A stretch of DNA of 64,000 nt from NCBI GenBank assembly GCA_022565155.1, contig JADFKB010000004.1, forward strand, positions 267 through 64,266, in the 5' to 3' direction. The position numbers were made by a program, and so were the translations under genes. The notes under the pieces are model-generated. The model searched no databases. It was given only the letters and a program-made list of their open reading frames with translations, and was not told the DNA's origin. This document shows positions 1 to 9,964 of the stretch, in pieces; the stretch's first letter is position 1, and each line of letters opens with the position of its first letter. The stretch comes from Chloroflexota bacterium. Lineage in GTDB: Bacteria; Chloroflexota; Dehalococcoidia; DSTF01; RBG-16-68-14.

Positions 1-1026
1 CGGTTTCACGCCATCCTGCGCGACTACTCGCCGCTGGTGGAGCCGGGCGGTCTGGACGAAGCGTATCTGGACATCACCGGCTGTAAGCCCGTGATCGACG
101 CGATCGCCGGGCCGGTGGCATCGGACACGCCGGAGGAGATCGCTCGCGCGGCGGCGGAATCGCTGCGCCGCCGCGTGCGGGAGGAGCTATCGCTGGCGGC
201 GTCTGTCGGCATCGCCTCCGGCAAATCGTTGGCAAAGGTCGCGTCGGACGCGGCGAAGCCGGACGGCCTGCTGCTGGTGCCGCCCGGCGAAGAGGCGGCG
301 TTTCTGGCGCCGCGACCGCTGCGCGAGCTGCCCGGCCTCGGCCCGAAAGCGGAGGCGGCGTTGCTTCGGCTGGGGGTAAAAACGCTCGGCCAGGTGGCCA
401 ATATGCCTGCCGCGCGGCTACGGTCGCTCTTCGGCGGGTGGGGCCCAGCGCTGGCCGAGCGGGCGCGCGGCATCGACCCGGCGCCGGTGGCGAGCGGCCG
501 CGACCGGGTGAAATCGGTCAGCCGCGAAGGGACGTTTGCCCGCGACATCGATGACGCGGCGGTGCTGCGCGGATCGCTGCGCGGCTATGCGGAGAGCGTC
601 GGTGCGGAGCTACGCAGGCTGGGCCGGCGGGCGCGCTGCATCACGCTGAAGCTGCGCTACAGCGACTTCACGACCATCTCCCGCAGCCGGACGCTGTCGC
701 AGCCCACGTTCTCCGACGAGGAGATCTACCGGACGGGCGCGGCGCTGCTGGAGCAGGCGTTGGAGCGAGACGGCAGGGCGGTGCGGCTGCTGGGGCTGGG
801 GACGTCTAACCTGGGCGACGACGTAGTGCAGCTCGGCCTCTTCGGCGAGCGGGAGTTGCCGGCTGAAGAGCTATTGCACAGCATCGATCGATTACGCGAG
901 AAGTACGGCTACCGGGCGCTGCAGACCGGCCGGACGTTCTTCGATCCGTACGTCAGTTCACCGGACTGGGAGCCGGACCGGCACACCGGCCTCTCATCGC
1001 AGGTGGGCCTGGATTCTGGAGACTAG
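1..1026 (+). CDS. dinB: DNA polymerase IV (Y-family, DinB), 5'-truncated at window edge
   Basis: Reading frame runs in from position 1 (RFHAILRDYSPLVEPGGLDEAYLDITG...). Little-finger/C-terminal region typical of DinB. The track ORF 37..1026 is only the part after an internal GTG. Confidence 0.85.
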   Translation, partial: RFHAILRDYSPLVEPGGLDEAYLDITGCKPVIDAIAGPVASDTPEEIARAAAESLRRRVREELSLAASVGIASGKSLAKVASDAAKPDGLLLVPPGEEAAFLAPRPLRELPGLGPKAEAALLRLGVKTLGQVANMPAARLRSLFGGWGPALAERARGIDPAPVASGRDRVKSVSREGTFARDIDDAAVLRGSLRGYAESVGAELRRLGRRARCITLKLRYSDFTTISRSRTLSQPTFSDEEIYRTGAALLEQALERDGRAVRLLGLGTSNLGDDVVQLGLFGERELPAEELLHSIDRLREKYGYRALQTGRTFFDPYVSSPDWEPDRHTGLSSQVGLDSGD

Positions 1027-1173
1027 AAGCCGGCCGCTAGACGCTGCCTTGCCCCTCTGCTTGTAGGTTACACTGATAGCGAGCCGCCGGCAGTCCTGCG
1101 GCGGACGGACGAGCAAGGGGTAGTTGATGGATGCCCTCGTCGATCTCTCCTGGCGTGCGTCCCCAGCGTCGCT

Positions 1174-1422
1174 GTGATCGCATCCTTCGTCATCGTTCAA
1201 CAACTCCTTGGCGCGGACGCCGGCGTCGTGCTGGTGGCGGGCCCGCCGGCCTGGGTCTGGGCAACGCTGCTGATGGCCGGCTTTGCGGCGCTGACCGTAT
1301 TCACGATGGCGCTCGCGCGGATTCCGACCCTCCGGCCGCCTCCGTTCGACACGGATGAAGAGGACGGCGAAGCAGAGCCGATCGAAGACGATGACGGCGC
1401 TACTGACGTCGACGACGCCTAA
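1174..1422 (+). CDS. hypothetical small membrane protein with acidic C-terminal tail
   Basis: 82-aa ORF with GTG start, one hydrophobic stretch then a D/E-rich tail; high GC3. Preceded by a 16-codon sORF (1127..1177) with an AAGGGG RBS whose TGA overlaps the GTG (GTGA). Confidence 0.35.
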   Translation: MIASFVIVQQLLGADAGVVLVAGPPAWVWATLLMAGFAALTVFTMALARIPTLRPPPFDTDEEDGEAEPIEDDDGATDVDDA

Positions 1423-1454
1423 CGCTTGTCCGGTGGAGGGGAAGGTGGCGGCAG

Positions 1455-1943
1455 CTAGGCGCTGACGCCCTCGTTGCCGAGCAACGCCCGCTTTAGCGGC
1501 AGGCCGCCGCCAAAGCCGCCGATGCCATCGGAGGCTAGGACGCGGTGGCACGGGATCAGCAGCGGGATCGGGTTGCAACCCACCGCCTGGCCGACGGCGC
1601 GCGCCGCACCCGGCCGCCCGATGCGCCGCGCTAGCTCTGCGTAGGTGATCGTGGCACCGTACGGTATCGAACGCATCTGCTGCCAGACGGCGCGCTGGAA
1701 CGGCGTACCACCGACGAGCCGGAGCGCGCCGTTCGCCTCGACGCGCTCGCCGTTGGCGGCGCGCATGACCAGGTCGATGAACGGGGCGGCCTCCTCTTCG
1801 TCCGCAGGCCCTTCGGCGTTCCATTGCGCGATGGCGTCCTCGGCCGCCCTACGTGATGCAGGTAGCGCCGCTGCGCAGATCGCCCCGTCTTCGATACCGA
1901 TCGCCGCCCAGCCGAGCGTTGTCTCACACAGTGCGAATTTCAT
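1455..1943 (-). CDS. ogt: methylated-DNA--protein-cysteine methyltransferase (Ogt/MGMT)
   Basis: PCHRV active-site motif. Start refined to ATG (MKFAL...) with a GGAGG RBS. Track ORF 1455..2000 is over-extended. Confidence 0.85.
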   Translation of the reverse strand: MKFALCETTLGWAAIGIEDGAICAAALPASRRAAEDAIAQWNAEGPADEEEAAPFIDLVMRAANGERVEANGALRLVGGTPFQRAVWQQMRSIPYGATITYAELARRIGRPGAARAVGQAVGCNPIPLLIPCHRVLASDGIGGFGGGLPLKRALLGNEGVSA

Positions 1944-1998
1944 GGGAGGTCTCCTCTCGTTTGCGGTGCGATTGGGGTCTTTAGATATCGCTGGTAGC

Positions 1999-2027
1999 AT
2001 AGTAGAACAAGTGTCTTATCAGGTCAA
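1999..2027 (-). promoter_or_regulatory. sigma70-like promoter for ogt (TTGACC-17-TACTAT on the minus strand)
   Basis: Minus strand reads gTTGACCtgataagacacttgttcTACTATgc, about 50 nt upstream of the ogt ATG. Confidence 0.45.
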
Positions 2028-2072
2028 CATTGTGGGAGAGTCGTCGTATCGCCGGGGTCTAGAACTCCCGGC

Positions 2073-4379
2073 CTACGAGGCTGTTGTTCTGCCGTTCGCA
2101 GACCGCTGCCTGACCACGCGCCGCAGCAGGCCGTTGCGTACGGAGCGCCAAGCCTGCTCCAGCCGCGCATGTTCGGCTGCTTCCGGTGGCGCGCGGCCGA
2201 AACGCTCCCGAACGTAGGCTTCGGCCAGCTGGTCGATGCCTTCCACTGCCGGTAGCTGCTCTCGGAGGGCGTGGGCGCGCTCGCGCGGGGTCTGCGTTGG
2301 GTCGTGCGGGAGGCGCGTCCACGCCGCCAACCGGATGGTCTGCTCCCAGTAGCGCTCGACCGGCGTCAACTCGCCGAGGCCGCGCACCCAAGCGATGCGC
2401 AAGCCGCCGGCAGCCGCCAGCGCGACGGCGGCGAGGCTAGCCGCGACGCCGAGCAGCACCCACTGTGTGCGGTCGCTGCCAGCACTCGCTTCGATGGCGG
2501 CAGATGCGCCGTCTTCGTCCGGGAAGCCGTCCAGCAGCCCCGCCAGGTCGAGCGGCGTTGTCTCACCGCCCACTCCGCCGGGCTGCGAGACGATCGCGCC
2601 CTGCGGCTGCGGCCGCTCGATCATCGGCTCGCTGGGCGTCGGGTTGAACTCGATCCAGCCGTAGCTGGGGAAGTAGACCTCCGGCCAGGCGAAGGCGTTC
2701 TGTTCGGTCACCACCACTCGACCCGAGCCGTCTTCGCTTACCTCCAGCACGTAGCCGACTGCCAGCCGCGCCGGGATGCCCAGCGAACGCAGCATCACCA
2801 CCATCGCGGAGGCGTGGTAGTCAAAGTAGCCGCGCCGCGATTCGAAGAGGAAGTAGTCGACGGTGTCCTGATAACGAGGCGGATTCGGCACGTTCAGGTC
2901 GTACGGGATCGTGCGCACGTACGCTTCTATCGCCTCTGCCCGGTCGTAGGCGTTCGCCTCGCCTGCGGCCAGGCGCGCCGCCAGCTCACCCACCCTGGTT
3001 GGCATGCTGGACGGCAGTTCCAGGTAGATGGTGACCCAGCCGGGATACAGGGAGCCGGCTGCGCGCAGCATCTCTTCGCTCGCGACCGACACGCTGCCGA
3101 CCGACTGGTACCAGGCGCCTTCCGGCAGCGGGTGGATGAACGACACGCCGGTGACGTCTTCGGGCACCCGCCTATAGTGCACCGCCGTCTGTTTATTGAC
3201 GCGGCGCGGCTGCCCGATGCTGAAGACGGTTTCGGATTCGTCTCCAGGCGTAGTCAGCCAGATGGAGACGGTGGCGCGGTCCTGCAGGTTGTTGTCCACG
3301 TCCGTGATCTGGTTCGTGTCCAGCCCCAGCCGCCGCTCGTAGAGGCGCTGCCAGCCGGCCGATGTGTAGATCGCGTACGAACCACCTCGCAGGAACTGGG
3401 GGCCATCCCGTCGGTCGGCCAGCACCTCCAGCGCGACCGAGCTGGGCAGCTCCAAGCTCCCGAGGAACGGGACGATGTCGTCGAAGCTGTGGACACGCGC
3501 GCTCCCCGGGCTGTTCACGGCAACGAAGAGCCGGCTCCAGCCCTCGGCGCGTTCCGTGATGGGCGAAGTCGCCCGCCGCCAGAGCGATTCCAGCGCGCCG
3601 GTTTCGTTGGCTGCGGGCATCAGCCAGGCGGCGATGACGAGCGCCAGCGCGAGCCAGAAGCTGGCGTGAAGCACGGAGAGGCTGAGCAGCGGCGGGTACG
3701 GTGTATCGCTCTGCCGCCACGATTTCGACTGCGACATCAGGTGTAACCTAGTAATGAACAGGGCACCGCCGAGCAGATAGACGACGAAGGCGAAGCTGAA
3801 CTGGCCGGGCAGGTAGCTGATGTTCGCCAGCAGGACGACGCCGCCCGGGATCAGCGCCAGCCAGACGTTCTGCCAGCGGAACGCCGCCCACGACGAGAGG
3901 TAGGCGGCCAGCCAGGAGAGCGGGACGACGAGCACGATCACCGGCAGCTCGTCGTTGCTGATGCCGCCGGTGAACGCCGCGTGGAACCAATCTCCCATGC
4001 GCTCGTGTAGCACCCAGTAGCGATCCCACGGCGTCGCGCCGGGCAGCGTCAGTAGGATCTGGCCGAGCGCCGCCGCCGCACCGATCGGCAGCGCCAGCAG
4101 GTGGACGAACGGCTCGCGCCAGGGCAGGCGTGCGAACGTCGCGCCCATCACGAGGCCGAGGAGGGCGATCAGGTAGAGCGACGGCATCTCGTCCACCCAG
4201 TTCGCCCGGTCGACGGAGACGATCACGCTGAGGTAGATGATGCCCAGCAGCGCCAGGCTGAGCAGGTCCTCCCACCAGAGCAGCCGCCTCCAGCCGTCCG
4301 GTTCCTGAGGCACCTCCGGCGTGATGCCGTACGACTCACGCCGGGGCGCGAACATCTCGTTCCAGCTCGCTTGCCTCAT
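2073..4379 (-). CDS. transglutaminase-like domain membrane protein (third gene of MoxR-DUF58-TGase operon), catalytic triad apparently degenerate
   Basis: Multi-TM N-terminal half plus a transglutaminase-like core (…FLFESRRGYFDYHASAMVVMLRSLGIPARLAVGY…NAFAWPEVY…WIEFNPTP). Start refined to ATG (MRQASW…) whose ATGA overlaps the DUF58 stop. Track ORF 2073..4916 starts at an upstream TTG and is over-extended. Confidence 0.8.
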   Translation of the reverse strand: MRQASWNEMFAPRRESYGITPEVPQEPDGWRRLLWWEDLLSLALLGIIYLSVIVSVDRANWVDEMPSLYLIALLGLVMGATFARLPWREPFVHLLALPIGAAAALGQILLTLPGATPWDRYWVLHERMGDWFHAAFTGGISNDELPVIVLVVPLSWLAAYLSSWAAFRWQNVWLALIPGGVVLLANISYLPGQFSFAFVVYLLGGALFITRLHLMSQSKSWRQSDTPYPPLLSLSVLHASFWLALALVIAAWLMPAANETGALESLWRRATSPITERAEGWSRLFVAVNSPGSARVHSFDDIVPFLGSLELPSSVALEVLADRRDGPQFLRGGSYAIYTSAGWQRLYERRLGLDTNQITDVDNNLQDRATVSIWLTTPGDESETVFSIGQPRRVNKQTAVHYRRVPEDVTGVSFIHPLPEGAWYQSVGSVSVASEEMLRAAGSLYPGWVTIYLELPSSMPTRVGELAARLAAGEANAYDRAEAIEAYVRTIPYDLNVPNPPRYQDTVDYFLFESRRGYFDYHASAMVVMLRSLGIPARLAVGYVLEVSEDGSGRVVVTEQNAFAWPEVYFPSYGWIEFNPTPSEPMIERPQPQGAIVSQPGGVGGETTPLDLAGLLDGFPDEDGASAAIEASAGSDRTQWVLLGVAASLAAVALAAAGGLRIAWVRGLGELTPVERYWEQTIRLAAWTRLPHDPTQTPRERAHALREQLPAVEGIDQLAEAYVRERFGRAPPEAAEHARLEQAWRSVRNGLLRRVVRQRSANGRTTAS

Positions 4380-5638
4380 GGTCTGCGCCCCACGAATCTG
4401 CCTGCCTCTGTCCCCACGCTCAGCGTCTTTGCCAGGTCGTCGCCGCGCTTGACGAGGAAGGTCGTGATCTGCGCCGCCGTCAGCGCGCTGAAGACGGGCA
4501 AGGCATTTGCGTTTCCGCCGTAGGTGCGCGGCTCCAGCAGTACCACCGCGAGCCGGGCGCCGTGGCTGGCGAGCAGTTGCAGGCCGGCCAGCCACGATTC
4601 GTCCGTCGATGGCGTGATCACCACCAGCGTCGTGTGGCGGCCGAAGCGCTGGCCTTCGCGCGTGAGCAGATCGGCCAGCGGCAGATCGCCTTCGGCGCGG
4701 GCCAGCGCCAGCGATTCGAGAATGCGGGTGTAGTGGGAGAGGCCGCGCTGCGCCTCCTGCACGTGGAACCGGTCGCCGTAGGCCATGAAGCCGACGCTGC
4801 GATTGGCCATCAGGAAGTAGCGCGCGATCGATGCGGTGATGCGGACGGCGTGCTCTTCCGTGCCCTCGTCGCCTTCGCCCGCCTGCACGCCGCGCTGCAG
4901 GTCGAGCACCAGCCAAATGTCGCTGGCCGGATCGAGCTCGAAGAGCTTGACCATCAGGTTGCCGGTGCGGGCGGTGCTGCGCCAGTGGATACGATTAAAG
5001 CTATCGCCGGGCTGGTACTCGCGGATGCCGGCGGCGTTCGGCGTCACCTGCTGCGTTGGCCGGCGAAACCGCCCCTCTCCCGGCAGCATCGCCGGCGGAA
5101 CGGAGACGCTCGGCAGCTCGACCGCGCGCGGGTAGACGAGGATCTCCTGCCGCGCCCCGAACGAACGCGACCGGCGGAACAGGCCGAAGAGGTCGCCGCT
5201 GGTCACGCGCACCGGCCCGACGCTGTAGCGGCCCCTGCGGGTGCAGGGCGTGACGGTGCGCCAGGTGCGCCGCTGCCGCGGCCCTAATGTAATCACGCGC
5301 TTGGCGCGGTGGCCGGGCAGCTCAGCCGGGTCTTCGACTTCCAGCCAGAGCTTGCTGAACCAGTCGCGATTGACGACCGTGATGCGCTCTTCGAAGTCGT
5401 TGCCCTCCTGCAGCCGGTCTACCGGCCGTTCGACTGTCACTTCCAGGCCGCGCAGGTTGATTCGCGTCCATAGGTAGGCGACAGGGATCGCGACGAGGAT
5501 GACGTTGGCCAGGCGCGAGAGCAGCCAGAAGCCGTTAGCGAAGGCGAGGATGAGCGCAACGAAGAAGACCGCCGTCAGCACCGTCAGCGATCGGTGGCGG
5601 ACGAAGAGGATGCGGATCAGCCGGCGGAGGGAGCGCAT
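4376..5638 (-). CDS. DUF58 (vWA-like) domain protein with N-terminal TM helices
   Basis: Typical DUF58 architecture (2 N-terminal TM helices, HWRSTARTGNLMVK motif region). Stop TGA overlaps the TGase-like ATG. 13-nt gap after MoxR. Confidence 0.85.
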   Translation of the reverse strand: MRSLRRLIRILFVRHRSLTVLTAVFFVALILAFANGFWLLSRLANVILVAIPVAYLWTRINLRGLEVTVERPVDRLQEGNDFEERITVVNRDWFSKLWLEVEDPAELPGHRAKRVITLGPRQRRTWRTVTPCTRRGRYSVGPVRVTSGDLFGLFRRSRSFGARQEILVYPRAVELPSVSVPPAMLPGEGRFRRPTQQVTPNAAGIREYQPGDSFNRIHWRSTARTGNLMVKLFELDPASDIWLVLDLQRGVQAGEGDEGTEEHAVRITASIARYFLMANRSVGFMAYGDRFHVQEAQRGLSHYTRILESLALARAEGDLPLADLLTREGQRFGRHTTLVVITPSTDESWLAGLQLLASHGARLAVVLLEPRTYGGNANALPVFSALTAAQITTFLVKRGDDLAKTLSVGTEAGRFVGRRP

Positions 5639-5651
5639 GGCGGCCCCGGCC

Positions 5652-6653
5652 TTAGCGCGTGGCTCCGTCGCTCGTCGCGGCCGCCTGGCCGTCCGGCCGC
5701 GCCCAGCGGCCGGGCCGGCTGCCCGGCACCGGCACGCGCGCGAGGCAGCCCGCGACGATGCTCGCCGGGTCGACGTCCTTGACGCGGGCCGAGGGGCTGA
5801 TGATCAGCCGGTGTCCCAGCGTCGCGTACGCCAGCTCCTTCACGTCGTCCGGCGTGACGAATTCGCGGCCGTCCAGCAGCGCCCGGGCCTGGCAGGCGCG
5901 GTAGAGCGCGAGCGAGCCGCGCGGCGACGCGCCCAGGTAGACCGATTCGTGCTGGCGCGTGGCGTTCATCACAGCGACGATGTACTGCTTGATCAGATCA
6001 TCGGCGTAGATCTCCTTGATCGCCTGCTGTAGCCGCACGATCTCCGCCGGCGTCGTCACCGCCTCCAGCGAGTCGATCGGATGGGCGATCTGCTGCGCCT
6101 CCATGATGCGCACTTCGTCCGCCTGCGAAGGATAGCCGAGCTCGATCCGGAGCAGGAAGCGGTCCAGCTCCGCTTCCGGCAGCGGGAACGTCCCCTCGTA
6201 CTCGATCGGGTTCTGGGTGGCGAGGACGATGAACGGCCGCGGCAGCGGGTGCGTGACGCCGTCGACGGTCGTCTGGCGCTCTCCCATCGCTTCCAGCAGC
6301 GCGGACTGCGTCTTCGGCGTGGCGCGGTTGATCTCGTCGGCCAGCACCACCTGGGCCATGATCGGCCCGGGACGGAACTCGAAGTCGCCGACCTTCTGGT
6401 TGTAGATGGAGACGCCGGTGACATCGGATGGCAGCAGGTCGGGTGTGAACTGGATGCGGCGGAAGCTGCAGCCGGTCGATGCAGCCAGGCTGCGCGCGAG
6501 CACGGTCTTGCCGACGCCCGGCACGTCTTCGATCAGGACGTGGCCCTGGCACATGAGGGCGATGAGGGCGAGCCGGACGGCTTCTGCCTTGCCGATGATC
6601 ACGCGCTCGACGTTGGCGAGGATGCGTTCGGCGATGACCTTCGGCTCTTCCAC
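5652..6653 (-). CDS. MoxR-family AAA+ ATPase
   Basis: Walker A GVGKT, MoxR-like N- and C-terminal regions. GTG start with a GGAGG RBS 6 nt upstream. Confidence 0.9.
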   Translation of the reverse strand: MEEPKVIAERILANVERVIIGKAEAVRLALIALMCQGHVLIEDVPGVGKTVLARSLAASTGCSFRRIQFTPDLLPSDVTGVSIYNQKVGDFEFRPGPIMAQVVLADEINRATPKTQSALLEAMGERQTTVDGVTHPLPRPFIVLATQNPIEYEGTFPLPEAELDRFLLRIELGYPSQADEVRIMEAQQIAHPIDSLEAVTTPAEIVRLQQAIKEIYADDLIKQYIVAVMNATRQHESVYLGASPRGSLALYRACQARALLDGREFVTPDDVKELAYATLGHRLIISPSARVKDVDPASIVAGCLARVPVPGSRPGRWARPDGQAAATSDGATR

Positions 6654-6785
6654 TAGCTACCTCCTGATCGTTGCTGCTCGGCCTGTCGATTATAGCAAGC
6701 CGGGGGAGCCGTCTCACCGGTTGTTGGCCTGAGGGTTGGCCCGCGCCGCTGCCCTATCGCGTTATGGCTCAGTACAATACAGGCG

Positions 6786-7709
6786 ATGCGCCCGCTGTTC
6801 CGGCTCGCTCCCTTGCTGCTCGTCCTCATTTCTCCATTCGTCGCGGCCTGCGGCGTCTTTGAGAGCACATCGCCGCCGCCAACGCCGACCGCGACGCCAA
6901 CACCCACCCCGACGCCGGAGCCTCGTCTGGAGACGGATACGGTGACGCTGGCGCAGGGCGGGATGGCTGTGCTGCGGGTGAGCGCCGTCGCCACGTCGGC
7001 AGTCGCCACATTCGACGGCCAAGAGTATCTGTTACTGCCCGCCGGCGATGGGTTCTGGGGCATCATCGGGGTCGGGGCGGATCATGCCACCGGCTCCCAA
7101 GTCGCAACCATATCGCTGTACGACGGCGGCGGCGGGGTATATGCCACGCTGCCGGTGTCGGTTGACGTGGTCGATACGCCGTACCCCGTCGAGCAGATCT
7201 TTCTCACGCCGGAGCAGTCGACGCTGCTTGACCCGGCGCTGTCGCAGCAGGAGGCGGCGGTGCGAGGGGCGGTCTACGCGCTGTTCACGCCGGAGCGGCT
7301 CTGGTCCGGCCCGTTCCTCTTCCCCGTGCCTGGGCCGATCAGCAGCCCCTACGGCGTCGGCCGCAGCTATAACGGCGGGCCGGTGGCAGGCTACCACCAC
7401 GGGACGGACTTCGCGCTGGACGAAGGGACGCCGGTGGCGGCGTCGAACGCGGGGCGGGTGGCGTTCGCCGCGGAGCTGCCCGTTCGCGGACTGAGCGTCA
7501 TTATCGACCACGGCGCTGGCGTCTTTACGGCCTACCACCACTTGTCGGAGTTGGCGGTGGAAGAGGGCCAGGCGGTCGCGAAGGGCGACCTGGTCGGTTT
7601 CGTCGGGGCGTCGGGGCTGGCGACTGGCCCGCACCTGCACTGGGAGCTGGTGGTGGGCGGCGTCGAACTGGACCCGGTGCTCTGGACGTTCGACGAGGTT
7701 GGGCCGTAG
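6786..7709 (+). CDS. M23-family peptidase lipoprotein with TP-repeat linker
   Basis: Signal peptide plus lipobox (FVAACG), PTPTATPTPTPTPEP linker, and M23 motifs (HHGTDF…, HLHWE). Confidence 0.85.
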   Translation: MRPLFRLAPLLLVLISPFVAACGVFESTSPPPTPTATPTPTPTPEPRLETDTVTLAQGGMAVLRVSAVATSAVATFDGQEYLLLPAGDGFWGIIGVGADHATGSQVATISLYDGGGGVYATLPVSVDVVDTPYPVEQIFLTPEQSTLLDPALSQQEAAVRGAVYALFTPERLWSGPFLFPVPGPISSPYGVGRSYNGGPVAGYHHGTDFALDEGTPVAASNAGRVAFAAELPVRGLSVIIDHGAGVFTAYHHLSELAVEEGQAVAKGDLVGFVGASGLATGPHLHWELVVGGVELDPVLWTFDEVGP

Positions 7710-7713
7710 CGGG

Positions 7714-7736
7714 CGAGGTTAGAAAGCCTCGCCTAC
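7714..7736 (+). terminator. stem-loop (ggcgagg-N8-cctcgcc) just after the peptidase stop; a 12-bp palindrome ggcaggcctgcc lies near 7797..7808 between the convergent genes
   Basis: Perfect 7-bp stem seen in sequence. No U-tract, so only a terminator candidate. Confidence 0.3.
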
Positions 7737-7833
7737 GGTGCTTCGGTCAGGATGAAGCCTGAGCCGTGGTGGAGATGGGGACGAGATGCTTCGACAGGCA
7801 GGCCTGCCAGCAGGCAGGTTGTCGCAGGGTCTA

Positions 7834-8820
7834 CTATCTGCGTGTGACGGCGAGTAGCAGCCATTCATCTTCCGCATAGCGCTCGCCGACGCGGCCGCCT
7901 GCTGCCACCAGCGCTTCGGCGCAGGCCGTTTCCTGCTCGTCGATGATGCCGCTCACCAGCGCGACGCCGGCGGTCGCGAGCGAGGCGACCAGCGGCTGGG
8001 CCAACTCACGGACGATGCGGCCGCTCAGGTTCGCCAGCACAAGGTCGTAGCGTCTGGCCGCTGCTTCTAGGAACGGCCAGCCGTTGCCCAGCGAGCCCTG
8101 CGCGATGTGTACGAGCGCTCCTACGCCGTTGCGCTCGGCGTTCTCTCTAGTCGACCGCACGGCCGCCGGGTCGATATCGATGGCGTCGACCTGCGCCGCG
8201 CCGAGCAACGCCGCCGTGGTGGAGAGAATGCCGGAGCCGCTGCCGATGTCCAGCACCGTGTCGCCGGGCCGCAGGCGCTGTTCGATCTGCTCCAGGCAGA
8301 GGCGCGTGGTGGCGTGCTGGCCCGTGCCGAACGCCTGGCCGGGGTCGATCTCGACAACGATGTCGTCCGGCTGCGCATCGTATGTACGCCAGGACGGTCG
8401 CAGCACGATTCGCCGGCCAATGCGTATGACGTGGAAGTGCTCCTTCCAGTTGTTGGCCCACGAATCATCTTGGACGATGCGGACGCGCAGCGGCTGGACG
8501 ACGCCATCGCCGAACTCGGCCAGATCGCGGCGTAGCGCGTCCAGACTGCGGTCTGGCGCGCCGGCCGGCAGCCAGACGCGCAGTTGAATCGGGGATGCGC
8601 TGTCGAAGGCGACGTTGCCGTCCTCATCTAGCGCCTGGAACGGCGGCTCGATGCTGACGCCCGCTGGTGCGTGGCGGCGTAACAGATCGGCCGCCGCCTC
8701 CACCGCCTGCGGCTGCACGGCGATGGTGAGCTCCAAGTGGTCGGTCAGCGTTCGATGCCCTCGCGGCCGGCTGTGAGTGTAATCCTGGCGGATTCGAGAT
8801 CGGCCGCCGCCAATTCCCAC
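7834..8820 (-). CDS. prmA: ribosomal protein L11 methyltransferase
   Basis: PrmA-like SAM-binding motif (VLDIGSGSGILS) and overall PrmA similarity. GTG start with a GGAG RBS. Lies 25 nt after dnaJ. Confidence 0.8.
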   Translation of the reverse strand: MGIGGGRSRIRQDYTHSRPRGHRTLTDHLELTIAVQPQAVEAAADLLRRHAPAGVSIEPPFQALDEDGNVAFDSASPIQLRVWLPAGAPDRSLDALRRDLAEFGDGVVQPLRVRIVQDDSWANNWKEHFHVIRIGRRIVLRPSWRTYDAQPDDIVVEIDPGQAFGTGQHATTRLCLEQIEQRLRPGDTVLDIGSGSGILSTTAALLGAAQVDAIDIDPAAVRSTRENAERNGVGALVHIAQGSLGNGWPFLEAAARRYDLVLANLSGRIVRELAQPLVASLATAGVALVSGIIDEQETACAEALVAAGGRVGERYAEDEWLLLAVTRR

Positions 8821-8845
8821 CGGCTCCGCGCTTCTGAGCGCATGA

Positions 8846-9964
8846 CTAACTCAGGGCGTCCTTGATGCGGTTGAGCAGTCCCCTGTCGTCGGGGGAGAGT
8901 GGCGTGCCCAACGACTCAGCCAGCTTCGCCAGCAACGCTTGCTGCTCCTCCGACAGGTTCTTCGGCGTCACCACTTGTACGTGGACAAGCTCGTCGCCGC
9001 GGCCGTGGGAGCGCAGGTGCGCCACGCCCTGGCCCTTCAGCACGAAGACCTGCCCGCTCTGCGTGCCGGCGGGAACGCGCAGCGGCTGCTTGCCCTCCAG
9101 CGTCGGCACCTCCACCTCGTCGCCTAGCGCCACCTGCGCGATGTTCAGCTCCAGGTTGTAGATTAGGTCGTCGCCGTCGCGCTGGAAGTGCTTGTGCCGC
9201 TTGACGGAAACCTCGATGTACAAGTTGCCGTGCGGGCCGCCGTTCAGCCCCATCTCGCCCTCGCCCGAGAGGCGCATCTGGGAGCCGTTGTCGATGCCGG
9301 CCGGGAACTTCACCTCCAACTGGCGAGTGCGCTCTTCGTGGCCGCTGCCGCGACAAATCCGGCACGGCTTGGAGATGATCGCGCCTTCGCCGCGACAGCG
9401 GTCGCAGGCAGAGACGTTGACGAACTGGCCGAATACGCTCTGCTGCACGCGCCGCAACTCGCCGCTGCCAGCGCAGTTGCGGCAGCGCTCCGGCTCGGTA
9501 CCCGGCTCCGCGCGCCGGCCCCGGCAGTGCGAGCAGACCTCGATGCCGCTGACCTCGACCGTCTTCTCGCAACCGAACGCTGCCTCACGAAGCGTCAGCG
9601 ATACTGCCATGCGCAGATCGGCGCCCCGGCGCGGCCCGCTCCGACGGCCGGCGCTGCCGCCGAAGAAGGCGTCGAAGATGTCACCGAAGCCGCCGAAGGC
9701 GAAGCCATCGAAGCCGCGCGCGCCGCCGAACGGCGCATCGGTGCGGGCGTGGCCGTAACGATCGTACATCGCGCGCCGCTCGCGGTCGGCCAGCACTTCG
9801 TAGGCCTCGTTTACGGCCTTGAATAGCTCGCCAGCGTCGCCGCTCCTGTTACGGTCCGGGTGGTACTTCATCGCCAGCCGGCGGAAGGCCTTCTTCACCT
9901 GCTCCGGCGTGGCGTCCCGGGCGACACCGAGGACATCGTAGTAGTCTTGTTTCGTGGTAGTCAT
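8846..9964 (-). CDS. dnaJ: chaperone DnaJ (type I, with 4x CxxCxGxG zinc finger)
   Basis: J-domain with HPD, G/F region and four CxxCxG repeats. ATG start. Confidence 0.95.
   Translation of the reverse strand: MTTTKQDYYDVLGVARDATPEQVKKAFRRLAMKYHPDRNRSGDAGELFKAVNEAYEVLADRERRAMYDRYGHARTDAPFGGARGFDGFAFGGFGDIFDAFFGGSAGRRSGPRRGADLRMAVSLTLREAAFGCEKTVEVSGIEVCSHCRGRRAEPGTEPERCRNCAGSGELRRVQQSVFGQFVNVSACDRCRGEGAIISKPCRICRGSGHEERTRQLEVKFPAGIDNGSQMRLSGEGEMGLNGGPHGNLYIEVSVKRHKHFQRDGDDLIYNLELNIAQVALGDEVEVPTLEGKQPLRVPAGTQSGQVFVLKGQGVAHLRSHGRGDELVHVQVVTPKNLSEEQQALLAKLAESLGTPLSPDDRGLLNRIKDALS

Noticed and set aside
2271-3746. 491-aa ORF on + strand (and neighbours 2186..2440, 3193..3720, 3748..4275)
   Set aside because: Antisense or alternate frame of the transglutaminase-like gene. 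Arg/Ala/Pro-rich low-complexity translation typical of GC-rich artefacts. No RBS.
4562-5287. 241-aa ORF antisense to DUF58 gene, and 5499..6032 / 5998..6717 / 6081..6656 ORFs around the MoxR gene
   Set aside because: Overlap well-supported MoxR and DUF58 genes in other frames. Composition is Arg/Ala/Gly-rich with no motifs.
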